From contig JAVLKG010000008.1 in assembly GCA_032128875.1 (NCBI GenBank), forward strand, positions 1 to 64,000: 64,000 nt of DNA, read 5' to 3'. A program made the translations under genes and the position numbers. Below, one piece after another: positions 39,701 to 48,051 of the stretch. Source of the stretch: Candidatus Melainabacteria bacterium 17Bon1m (lineage in GTDB: Bacteria > Cyanobacteriota > Vampirovibrionia > Obscuribacterales > Obscuribacteraceae). The first letter of the stretch is position 1, and every line of letters begins with the position of its first letter. Under the pieces are notes generated by a model, which was not told the DNA's origin, did not search any database, and saw only the letters and a list, made by a program, of their open reading frames with translations.

Positions 39701-42700
39701 CATTAAGTATTTCGGCAACAACGGACTTGTATACCGCGATATCAATGCATTAGGACAAGAGATTCGTCATGAATACGACGGCTTAAAGCGACTCGTTAAG
39801 ACCACCATGCCCGAAGGTAATTACAACACTCTCGAGTATGACTTGAATGGGAATACGATCGCCAATAAGTCTCATCCTAAGCCAGGTTCAAGCCTCTTAC
39901 CACAGGAGACAACGTTCACGTTTGATGGACCGTTTAACAAGATCAAAACGGCAACAGATCCAAGTGGCGGAGTAACAACCTACTCCTATGACCCAGTTAC
40001 CGGAAACCTACTCCTTCTTGAAAGACCAGAGATAGGTGGACTTACGCCAACTCAGTCGTTTTCATACAGCAACAGAGGTCTTATTCTCACAAAAACCGAT
40101 GAGATGGGAGCAGTTATTCAATATGAGCACGACGAAGATACCGGCGATCTGCTAAGCACGACTATTGACGCCGGTGTAGGTCGACTCAATCTGACCACGT
40201 CGTATGCGTATGATGCGGTCGGAAATCGCGTTTCAACCACAGACGCAAGAGGACACACAAACCTGTTTGAGTATGACTCAGAGAGGAGCGTTACAAAGAA
40301 AACTGAAACTTCGCCGTTCAGCTACGTTTCAACATTCGAATACGATGACAATGGCCGTCAGATCTCCAGAAGCGCCGAAACCGGCGACGTTGCCAACCCT
40401 CTTCAGACGATCACGACAGAATATACACTCACTGACAAAGTTCTCTCGATTACCAATGCCAGTGGTGATACCACGTATCACGAATACAATACTTTGGATC
40501 AACTCTCCAAAATTACCGATCCAGAAGGACGTGTTCTTCAGTTTGTCTACGACGATTTGGGAAGACTAGTCGAGTCAATTGATGCATCCACAAATACTTC
40601 AGCGACAAACACTTTCACTGCTAATGGCAAGCATCTTACTTTTAAGGATGCAAACGACAACGTTACTACCAACGTTTATGACGGATTGGATAGGCTTGAG
40701 AAAGTAGTCTTTCCAGATTCCTCGTACGAACAAAGGTACTTTGACGATGGTGGTAACCTCTCTTCACTCCGGAATCGTGCTGGACAGACAACCAGCTTTT
40801 CATATGACGAACTTAACAGACTTAAAACAAAGGAGCCTGAAGGCCTTCCAATTCAGACGTCTGTTTATGATCTCACAGGACGCCTGCTCAAGATCCAAAC
40901 TCCGGTGGTGTCAGGTGATCCCACAAATGGTGAGTTTGAATATATTTACGACACAGCGGGTCGCGTAAAGAAACAAATTTCGCCGGATGGAAAGATCATC
41001 GAATACGAACTCGATGATATCGGTAACCTCACCAAGATAGTCTATCCAGACGGCTACTACGTTGAACGAGAATTCGACGAGTTAAACAGACTTACAGTCA
41101 TTAAATTGAACGGCGCGACGACGGCCGCTGTTGAGTTTGTCTATGACGCTCTTTCCCGCAGAACATTGCTAAGCTACGAAAACGGTTGTACTGTCACGTC
41201 ACAATACAATGTTGACGACGATCTCGTAGAGCAAACGCATGCGTTCGCTTCAGAATCGCTATCGATCGAAAACGATTACAGCAAGCTTCACCAGCGCATC
41301 AATACTCACGTTTCAGACTCGCGCTACATGTGGCAGCCTTCGGTAGATAAAACCACTGCATATGGTGCTGCCAATGAACTAAACCAATACCCGACCGTCG
41401 ATGCAAACATCCTCTCCTACAATTCTGCAGGCTGCCTGGAAAGCGACGGCACTTGGGAATTTACATACGACAGTTTGAATAGGCTGACGTCCGCTGATAA
41501 AACTGGCGTTTCTGTTTCGTACCGCTATGATCCAATGAATCGGCTGGTCATTCGAGACAACGGTTCCAATAGCACCCATCTGATATACGACTCTTCCAGA
41601 TGTCTTGCAATTTACGATAGCACCACCAACACACTTCAGCGGCGCTTCGTATATGGCACCGATGCCAACGAAGCACTAGTTGAAATCGATTCAACAGGAA
41701 GCAAGACGTTCAACCATTTCGACCCCACAGGGTCTCTCATTGCTTCAGTTGACGAGTCTGGCACAGTTCTTGAACGAAATGCATTCGGCCCATTTGGAGA
41801 AGCAGAAGACATTGCAACAACATTCGGATTCACGGGCCATATCTTTGAACCGGAAACAGGGCTCTACTATGCACGCTCGCGCCATTATTCTTCCCAACTT
41901 GGTCGGTTCTTGCAGCCTGATCCTGTAGGAGAGAAGGGTGGTCTGAACCAGTATTGCTACGTGAACAACGACCCCATCAATGCTGCTGACTCTACCGGTC
42001 TTGGTCCAGATGGAGGTGGCTGGCCAGGCATGACCATGGGATTCGCTCAAAGGATCGGCGGTCGCTGGATCATCACCACCAATGGTGGCATTCTTTCCTG
42101 GGACCAAGGCACTCTCAGTTATAGCTTCCATCCCTATGACATAAACATCTTGGGCGTAAATATGTCGAGCTGGCTAATCGGCAACATTCTCGAACAGACA
42201 TTTGGTCCGGGCATTAGAAATTTACAGGATCCCATGTTTGATCTTGCCATTCTCATGGCCGCAGTCGGGAATCTTCCCGCTGCAGCTGCAATTGCTGCGG
42301 AAGGTGGAGCGGTAACTGGCTTCGCTGCTACAGTTGCAGCGCCAACCATACGGTACATGGGTTCCAATTACACAGTCGCCCGCACATTGGGTACAGGTAC
42401 TGCGACTCTTGCCAGACCGGCGGGAATTCGAACGCTGGCAGCAAATAAGGCGTTTGGTAACGGTGCAGAATACATTGAAAAATTGCGCCATGCTAGAGGC
42501 GTTGGTACGGTAAGTCAGGTCTCTTTCTTGGATCCTGTGAGCGGAATGATTGCTCGAGTAGATCACATCCTAAGAGATCTATCTGGTGGTTTTGAAGTAA
42601 AAGCGGGACTCGCGAGACTCTCGACGAACCAGAAACATGTCTATCCGGCGATGGAAGCTGGGACAGCGATTCCTGTCGGAGCAAGGGCCGCGGAGTTGGG

Positions 42701-42773
42701 TCTCACACCGGGTCTTCCATTGAATCAGCAGGAGTTGATAAAACAATTGATTATCAAAGTCAGGAGGTACTAG
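36747..42773 (+). CDS. RHS repeat polymorphic toxin with N-terminal transglutaminase-like domain and C-terminal nuclease-like tip
   Basis: HCWV...FDPS; DPVDLVTGN; many YD repeats; RHS core GLYYARSRHY...GRFLQPDP...NDPINAADSTGL; tip RVDH...FEVK...LSTNQ. Confidence 0.9.
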   Translation: MSQQKIISLLSCGAATVLQRPMHAPQTPWRAFTPGKLRPIAPPKSRRALKTLKAPSTLWKKNKSKSNLPSNSLVEPTHVSELARSLKHDVDLIYEWVHNNIEFHPIFGIQKGAFGAILDGYGTAMDQCILMVELLRESEYTADYVVGSITLNSAQVANLLGTDNSSATVPVTLMQQGGIPLTFSQNVDGSLESITFTHCWVRVVIEGTDYFFDPSIKQYTYKNGIDLAVATDYSQTSFLTNIQSGATVTADYVEDLNRSNMNADLTEASMNLVQYIQNNMPAATVQDVVGGRFINLVENPVRETSHPNQTPSTTPDVYNVDLPTSFSCLLEISMPGLLSTVTLDSRDISGRRLTLFWDELDQPILSLDSEVIATGTPATPDTWNPINVNVTHNAYFPNTANDVITTSSVYTRLQYVLHSAWGPTGRHSIEFHRNRINESKLDGLLDTDEPVLGGSMAVLAYTWSGEHTAKVKLFDAIAKSQTLMHHEVFLGQYNETIVTGLLTVVQPTYSLNSTATVASKASLVSSLLLGATESLAVKSVAGITAPTGTTLIDFANSNGLKVFDTTAANWTSDVRPNLTNYDTAALDFIENSYINNGYRVLLPEDGAISINAFEGYGFLAATSSSGFLSYIIDVKGSYGSEQVCPDVFRLHATKYGIEPLSVYYPGDVNYRSSDPVDLVTGNFTAQSSDLLVGSTEFPYSLGFSRLYCSGRRYTDPVGLGRGWTHNFDLTVSENSDAFLALGDDQAIPAASAISALYISLDLMVDQLTTSNVRLVAISMISEWLIAQLADNTVVVGLGDNTQTFVKLPDGSYKAPASVDLRLEKNIDDTFTATTPQGVTFNYSQSGKIVSQVFPFGITVNFEYDFSDRLIKVGNDFNRFIELAYDGDRMVSVSDHAERIVSFGYDVDGNLISSSNTLAKITTYSYDIPGRLTQMFLPANPTVPVVTNTYDSMDRVYLQTDALNHETEFFIAGSRTEQVDAAGHSSIKYFGNNGLVYRDINALGQEIRHEYDGLKRLVKTTMPEGNYNTLEYDLNGNTIANKSHPKPGSSLLPQETTFTFDGPFNKIKTATDPSGGVTTYSYDPVTGNLLLLERPEIGGLTPTQSFSYSNRGLILTKTDEMGAVIQYEHDEDTGDLLSTTIDAGVGRLNLTTSYAYDAVGNRVSTTDARGHTNLFEYDSERSVTKKTETSPFSYVSTFEYDDNGRQISRSAETGDVANPLQTITTEYTLTDKVLSITNASGDTTYHEYNTLDQLSKITDPEGRVLQFVYDDLGRLVESIDASTNTSATNTFTANGKHLTFKDANDNVTTNVYDGLDRLEKVVFPDSSYEQRYFDDGGNLSSLRNRAGQTTSFSYDELNRLKTKEPEGLPIQTSVYDLTGRLLKIQTPVVSGDPTNGEFEYIYDTAGRVKKQISPDGKIIEYELDDIGNLTKIVYPDGYYVEREFDELNRLTVIKLNGATTAAVEFVYDALSRRTLLSYENGCTVTSQYNVDDDLVEQTHAFASESLSIENDYSKLHQRINTHVSDSRYMWQPSVDKTTAYGAANELNQYPTVDANILSYNSAGCLESDGTWEFTYDSLNRLTSADKTGVSVSYRYDPMNRLVIRDNGSNSTHLIYDSSRCLAIYDSTTNTLQRRFVYGTDANEALVEIDSTGSKTFNHFDPTGSLIASVDESGTVLERNAFGPFGEAEDIATTFGFTGHIFEPETGLYYARSRHYSSQLGRFLQPDPVGEKGGLNQYCYVNNDPINAADSTGLGPDGGGWPGMTMGFAQRIGGRWIITTNGGILSWDQGTLSYSFHPYDINILGVNMSSWLIGNILEQTFGPGIRNLQDPMFDLAILMAAVGNLPAAAAIAAEGGAVTGFAATVAAPTIRYMGSNYTVARTLGTGTATLARPAGIRTLAANKAFGNGAEYIEKLRHARGVGTVSQVSFLDPVSGMIARVDHILRDLSGGFEVKAGLARLSTNQKHVYPAMEAGTAIPVGARAAELGLTPGLPLNQQELIKQLIIKVRRY

Positions 42774-42800
42774 AAAACATCTCGCGAATTGCGTAAACTC

Positions 42801-42828
42801 GGAGGGAGTCCAAGACTCCCTCCATTTT
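42801..42828 (+). terminator. Perfect hairpin after the RHS gene
   Basis: GGAGGGAGTC-CAA-GACTCCCTCC followed by ATTTT. Confidence 0.6.
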
Positions 42829-42864
42829 CTCGAAACTAGAAACTAAAGAAGAGTATTAACAGCA

Positions 42865-44196
42865 ATGCGAGCAGAGACAAACTTAATAGATAAAGTGACA
42901 AGGCAACTTGAAGAGCAAGGCTTTACATTTTTGAAATCCGCGAACAGATTTCGACGGAAAAACGGAAAGAACACAGACTCGATTCGCATAATTGTTGACG
43001 GTGGAAAGCGTTTTTTTGCGCAGTATTGGAGCTGGAATCAACGCGTTGAGGAATTGTTCGCGGAAATTCGAGGAATTTCACTAAATGAAGCAACTGCATG
43101 GACTATCAGAAGTCTGCCAGAAAATGACAAAAAGAGTTGGACGTTGCCAGGTAGTGAGCTCCCTTCTGACTTTGTTCTGCACTTGAACAACACCATTATG
43201 CCTTGGTTTGAAAGACAAACTGAGTTAGCCAGTCTGAGGCAGTTATTGGAGGAAAGAGAATTTAAGCGTGACGAATGGTTACGGGTTCTTGTAATCGATA
43301 AAATGTTGAATGATATCGAACATGCAAAAAACTTTCGAATAAGAATTATCAGTTGGCTATCAACAGCCAATCTAACTTCTCAATCATTGGGACAAGAAGC
43401 ATACAAGAAGTTCAGCGACAAATTTCCAGAGTTTTTTGTATCTTTACCTATACTCGATCAAAATGATGATGCAGATAAAAGAAAAGAAGATGCTGACTTT
43501 CAGCTGGCATGTGAAAAATCTTTCGCGACCCAATTTCCTCTTAATGCAGAGCGCTTGTACGTTTTTTTATTTCTTGGATTATCAACATCCCCATTTTGGA
43601 ATTGGAAGAATTGGGAAAACATTTTTCCTATCTTTGACCCTTTGTTAGCAACTTGTCGAGGCAAAGCGCAAATACAGACAATTCAGACAAGAAATGGGAA
43701 GGCAATTTCGCTGGGAGCATTGAACTGGAGCCCAACTTCTCATCAAAAATGGACACATAATTCTCCCGGAAGTCTACCTAACGTCAATGACGCACAGTTT
43801 CTCTCGCTAACGGTCTTTGCTCCTTCCCTTAAACAATGCGAGTCAGAAAAATTCCCACCGGATTTGATCCTCTATTTTCAAAATGAGTCTCTATCCGATG
43901 AGAAGCAAGAATTTGATTCGACAGTAATAGTTGCATTTCGAGAGTCATACTGGAGAAACCACTCACTTTCCATTGCTCCGGCATTGCAAGAAATTTCCAA
44001 GAAATTCAATTCCAAGTTAGTAGCAAAAATAGAGAGACCGTTTCTGTTCAGTGGTAATCAATTCCATAGCCTCATTGATTTGCCCTTAGGAATTTTTCGC
44101 CCTGGAAGAGCAAAACAGGTACTAGGTGCAAAGCTTCAAGCCCTATTAGGACCGTGGGCCGAAGTTCAAAGTTTTGAGCCGAATTCTATTATTTAA
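42865..44196 (+). CDS. Low-GC hypothetical protein, candidate two-domain immunity protein
   Basis: 443 aa ORF directly downstream of RHS, AT-rich, Trp-rich; N-terminal L.EQGF.F...RF pattern. Confidence 0.6.
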   Translation: MRAETNLIDKVTRQLEEQGFTFLKSANRFRRKNGKNTDSIRIIVDGGKRFFAQYWSWNQRVEELFAEIRGISLNEATAWTIRSLPENDKKSWTLPGSELPSDFVLHLNNTIMPWFERQTELASLRQLLEEREFKRDEWLRVLVIDKMLNDIEHAKNFRIRIISWLSTANLTSQSLGQEAYKKFSDKFPEFFVSLPILDQNDDADKRKEDADFQLACEKSFATQFPLNAERLYVFLFLGLSTSPFWNWKNWENIFPIFDPLLATCRGKAQIQTIQTRNGKAISLGALNWSPTSHQKWTHNSPGSLPNVNDAQFLSLTVFAPSLKQCESEKFPPDLILYFQNESLSDEKQEFDSTVIVAFRESYWRNHSLSIAPALQEISKKFNSKLVAKIERPFLFSGNQFHSLIDLPLGIFRPGRAKQVLGAKLQALLGPWAEVQSFEPNSII

Positions 44197-44272
44197 AAGC
44201 ATATCTGTCTCGATACAGCCTCAGGAAATTTAACTTCGCTCAATTACTACCATCATCGATAGTAATACGTAT

Positions 44273-44320
44273 AAAAAAGCGAGAGCTGAAGGCAGTTTTC
44301 ACCACCTTCAGCTCCGCTTC
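44273..44320 (-). terminator. Terminator of the CDF operon
   Basis: GAGCTGAAGG...CCTTCAGCTC stem with an A6 run on the plus strand (U-tract on minus). Confidence 0.6.
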
Positions 44321-44344
44321 CTTTGAATGTTCAGGCGCTAGCGA

Positions 44345-45322
44345 CTAGGTCTCGCCGGCGGCTGTATTGATGCAGATTCCATCGAGAGATTTGCACTCAG
44401 CTTGCTCGATCTGGAGCGTGCTGTGATGCAGCTCGAAATCGTGCTGAACGATGTGCGTTATCTCCGTCAGGACTCTGTCGGAGTTCGCATTCTGGTCGAC
44501 GACGACGTGCGCGGAAAGCGCATCACGACCGGATGTGATTGTCCAGACGTGCAGGTCATGCACATCCATCACGCCACGAACTTTAAGGATCGAGGCGCGA
44601 AGCTTTTCCAGATTGACGCGACTGGGACTGCCTTCCATGAGGATGTGCACGCAGTCGCCAATCAGTTTCCACGTGCGCGGAATAATCATCAAGCCAATCA
44701 AACCGGAGACAATCGGGTCGACGATTGTCCAGCCGGTGAACATGATGATTAAGCTGGCGACGATGACGGCGGCAGACCCGAGAAGGTCGCTCATCACTTC
44801 GAGATATGCGGCTTTCGCGTTGAGCGAATCGCCGGAGTGAGAGTGCAGCAAACGCGCCGCAATCAGGTTGACGACGAGTCCACCGATTGCAACGAGCAGC
44901 ATTGGTCCACTCAAAATCTCAGACGGATTGGTAAACCGCTGAAACGCCTCGAAGAGGATGTACAGCGACAACCCAATGAGCACAACGCCGTTGAATAGAG
45001 CCGCCAGGATTTCCGTGCGGTAGTAGCCGTAGGTCTTATCTTTGCTCGGCTTCCTGCCGGCAAACCAGACCGCGAGCAGGGCAAGCAGAATTGCGGCGCT
45101 GTCACCAAGCATGTGTCCGGCGTCGGCAAGCAGCGCAAGACTGCCGGTGAGAAGTCCGCCAACGACCTCGACAGCCATGAAGGTGAAGGTCAAGCAGAGC
45201 ACAGCAATCATCGCCCCTTTGCTCTTCTTGCGAAGCGCGGCGAAATCGTTGTGGCTGTGACCGTGTCCTCCATGACCGTGATTATGTTCGTGGTCGTGAT
45301 TATGCTGATGTTCGTGAGACAT
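44345..45322 (-). CDS. czcD: Cation diffusion facilitator (CzcD/ZitB-like Zn/Co/Cd exporter)
   Basis: His-rich N-terminus, SLALLADAGHMLGD, TYGYYR.E, 6 TMs, VHDLHVW; SD GGAGG. Confidence 0.9.
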   Translation of the reverse strand: MSHEHQHNHDHEHNHGHGGHGHSHNDFAALRKKSKGAMIAVLCLTFTFMAVEVVGGLLTGSLALLADAGHMLGDSAAILLALLAVWFAGRKPSKDKTYGYYRTEILAALFNGVVLIGLSLYILFEAFQRFTNPSEILSGPMLLVAIGGLVVNLIAARLLHSHSGDSLNAKAAYLEVMSDLLGSAAVIVASLIIMFTGWTIVDPIVSGLIGLMIIPRTWKLIGDCVHILMEGSPSRVNLEKLRASILKVRGVMDVHDLHVWTITSGRDALSAHVVVDQNANSDRVLTEITHIVQHDFELHHSTLQIEQAECKSLDGICINTAAGET

Positions 45323-45403
45323 TAGCTCCTCCACATTTCAGAAAGACACGCGAGGGCCGGAGGTAGTTGTCACCACCTCCAGCTTGTCTCGCGTGTCTTT
45401 GCG

Positions 45404-46435
45404 TTAAACGGCGTTATCCGCCGTGGTGGCACTGGTAGTGCCAGCCACTGAGTCAGTCGCAGGGTTCCCCGCAGAGTCCTCCGTCGAGTCGGCAGGTGTC
45501 GCCACCGGCTCCGGCTCAGGCAATTTCTCCAGCGGCCACCTGTCGAGATGGGCACCATCCGGCTCGTCGACGTCCACCTGTTCGATGAAGTCGATTGCCA
45601 GTTGCATCGCTACGGCGAATTGCAATTCCGCCACGAGGTCGATGATCGAGTCCTTGATAGCGTGCAGGCTCGAGCGACCGCTCGTGTAGACATGCGGCGC
45701 ATGCTGGTCAGAGCGACCACCATGAACACGGCGCGTCTGGTTGTACCAACGCACGCAGTCAGCCTGACCATCGGTGAAGAACTGAATGACGTACGCACCC
45801 AGCTCGTGATTCTTGCGGCTGCGGTTGTCGTAGGCGAAGAGCGTTTCGGTGTAGACGGAGATGACTCCGTCTTCCACGCTGACGTCCTTCACTTTCGGCA
45901 CATCGAATATGGCGTCGAACTCGCGCGCATAGGTCTCGCGGTCGATAAGGGGAGCGCCGTGAGCCCTTCCCTCCTCGATGCGAATGGCGCGCAGTTCGCG
46001 GACCAACTCATGCTGCAAGCGCTCGATTTGCGAACGTTCGGTCGACAGCACCTGACGGTTCTGCACAACCAGTTCGCTCACGCGCGTAGAGCAGGCGGCG
46101 ATGTAGAGTTCGCGATATTTCTGGTGCTCGGCGTCGAGCTCCGGACGTTTCGCTTTTACCACATCGGTCTTCTTGCTCGGACCTGCGGTCGACTTGTCGC
46201 CTTCGGTCGCGGTGGTTTCGGCAGCGCCATAGACAACCTGAATGATGCCATCGTAGACGGTGGCAGCTTGCTTCTTCTCGACGAAGTTGAGAACCTGCAG
46301 AGCGAAGTTCTTGTTCGTCTCGTCGAACAGCAAACCGTTCTGGTCGCCGATGACCATGTCGCTGAAGACGACCAGACTATCAGCGAGTTGGACCTTCTGC
46401 TTGTCGTTCAAGCCGGTCAAAAAGTAGTGTTTCAT
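45404..46435 (-). CDS. Coiled-coil protein with C-terminal E2-like domain lacking the catalytic Cys
   Basis: Paralog of the upstream gene at both termini; HAPHVYTSGRSSL aligns with HAPHVWPDGNACL; SD AGGAG. Confidence 0.7.
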   Translation of the reverse strand: MKHYFLTGLNDKQKVQLADSLVVFSDMVIGDQNGLLFDETNKNFALQVLNFVEKKQAATVYDGIIQVVYGAAETTATEGDKSTAGPSKKTDVVKAKRPELDAEHQKYRELYIAACSTRVSELVVQNRQVLSTERSQIERLQHELVRELRAIRIEEGRAHGAPLIDRETYAREFDAIFDVPKVKDVSVEDGVISVYTETLFAYDNRSRKNHELGAYVIQFFTDGQADCVRWYNQTRRVHGGRSDQHAPHVYTSGRSSLHAIKDSIIDLVAELQFAVAMQLAIDFIEQVDVDEPDGAHLDRWPLEKLPEPEPVATPADSTEDSAGNPATDSVAGTTSATTADNAV

Positions 46436-46451
46436 CTTTTATCTCCTGGCT

Positions 46452-47882
46452 CTATCGAGCGGCGCGAGGCCAGCTGCTGATGTACTTTCCGGCAGCGTCG
46501 GAGGTGTTGGCTGCCTGCACGAACTCGATGGCGAGCTGTGCGGCAATCGACCACTGGCGCTGAGCGAAAAGCTTGGGGAAGATGTCGGCAGTGTTGCCCA
46601 AGCACGCGTTGCCGTCCGGCCACACGTGAGGCGCATGCTGACCGGCTTTCATGCCGTTGACGGTGCGCGTCAGATTCTTCCAGTTGGGCATGCTGCCGGT
46701 GAAGGGCAGCATGATCTTGAAGGCGCCGATTTCGTGCAAGATGCCCGAGCGCTCGTCGCGGCAATTGAGGATGTCCGTGTAGATGACGATGGCGTTGCCT
46801 TCGACCTTCACGTCCTTGACGTACTTGACCTTCATCAGGTTTTCGTACTCGATGCCGAATTCGTCGAGGTTGACGTTTTCGTCGGTGAGCAGCTTGCGCT
46901 CTTTGGCGCGCGCTTCGGAAATCGCATGCGTAAGACGCTTGCGCAGTGATTGCACATTCGTCTTGCGCTCCTGCAACTTCTTCGGGTCGACATAGCCATT
47001 GGCGGTGCCGATTGCCGAAACACCCTTCTCGCCCGGCTGCAGCCCGTTAGCTCCATCAAAGCGGGAATTGGAATGCAGGCTGGAGGCGTGGCTTCGCAAC
47101 CCCGCCGGAAGTTCATGCTCAGTGCCACTATCGGCGGTATCGCGAACAACACGCACAGTGGACTTGGCACATTCCTCTACGAAGCGCCGACGCATCATGG
47201 TGCGACGGTCTTCCGCCGGCATCTCGACAACACTAGCCATCTTCTGCATCAGCACGCGGAACATGCGGACGCGGTCGTTGTCGTACTTGTCGAAGAAGTT
47301 CATGTGCACGTAGAGGTTATTCGGCGCGACATATTCAGCGACCGGATAACCGCTCGCCTCATCCGCAATCGTCACACCGCGCCCGGAAGCGTGGAAGCTG
47401 AGATTGCGGCTGGCATTGGGAATGCCCCAAATGACCGCAGGCGGCGTGGCGCCCGGTGCGACGTACTTCACGGGCGAGCTTTGCAAGTGGATGTGGAACT
47501 GCGCGTCGATGATCGGTTCGCAGTTGTAGCCCTGGCGGTGGTGCAACGTCACCGGGCGATCGATGACCGGGACGAGAAGAAGACGTACCGCTTCGTGGAG
47601 ATCGTCATTCTCTTTACCCTTCCAGTCGTTCGTCACCTTGTGCGCGCGAGCGGGCTGTCCCGGAGCCTTGACCTTGAGCACCGCTTTAGCGATGCCCTCG
47701 AAGGCTGACGGCTCCTGCGATTCGACGTATGCGTTGAGCGCGACGAGTGCCGCGTCCAGATGCTGCTGTTCGATCATGACACCGAACTCTTCGCCCAGTG
47801 TCAGGTCGTAGCAGGGTACATTCGCGCTGGCCAAACGAGCTCTATGATCGTTGGTCAACCCAGTTAAGAACACATTGCTCAT
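46452..47882 (-). CDS. Coiled-coil protein with C-terminal ubiquitin-conjugating E2-like domain (Cys present)
   Basis: HAPHVWPDGNACLGN resembles the E2 HPNV...G.ICL signature; start MSNVFLTGL matches paralog MKHYFLTGL; alternative in-frame ATG at 48062. Confidence 0.7.
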   Translation of the reverse strand: MSNVFLTGLTNDHRARLASANVPCYDLTLGEEFGVMIEQQHLDAALVALNAYVESQEPSAFEGIAKAVLKVKAPGQPARAHKVTNDWKGKENDDLHEAVRLLLVPVIDRPVTLHHRQGYNCEPIIDAQFHIHLQSSPVKYVAPGATPPAVIWGIPNASRNLSFHASGRGVTIADEASGYPVAEYVAPNNLYVHMNFFDKYDNDRVRMFRVLMQKMASVVEMPAEDRRTMMRRRFVEECAKSTVRVVRDTADSGTEHELPAGLRSHASSLHSNSRFDGANGLQPGEKGVSAIGTANGYVDPKKLQERKTNVQSLRKRLTHAISEARAKERKLLTDENVNLDEFGIEYENLMKVKYVKDVKVEGNAIVIYTDILNCRDERSGILHEIGAFKIMLPFTGSMPNWKNLTRTVNGMKAGQHAPHVWPDGNACLGNTADIFPKLFAQRQWSIAAQLAIEFVQAANTSDAAGKYISSWPRAAR

Positions 47883-48051
47883 TGGAGTGGCTCCATTTTT
47901 AGCCTGTGGCAGCGCCGGCTGTGCCGCCCGAGTGCGGGTCGCCGACGCCTTTGGCTTACTGACGGTTGTCCTCTTCGGCGGTGGCGGAGGAGGGGGTGGA
48001 ACGCGTCGAGTAGTAGTGGTGCGAGATGTGGTGCGTGCGGGCGTGCGTGAC

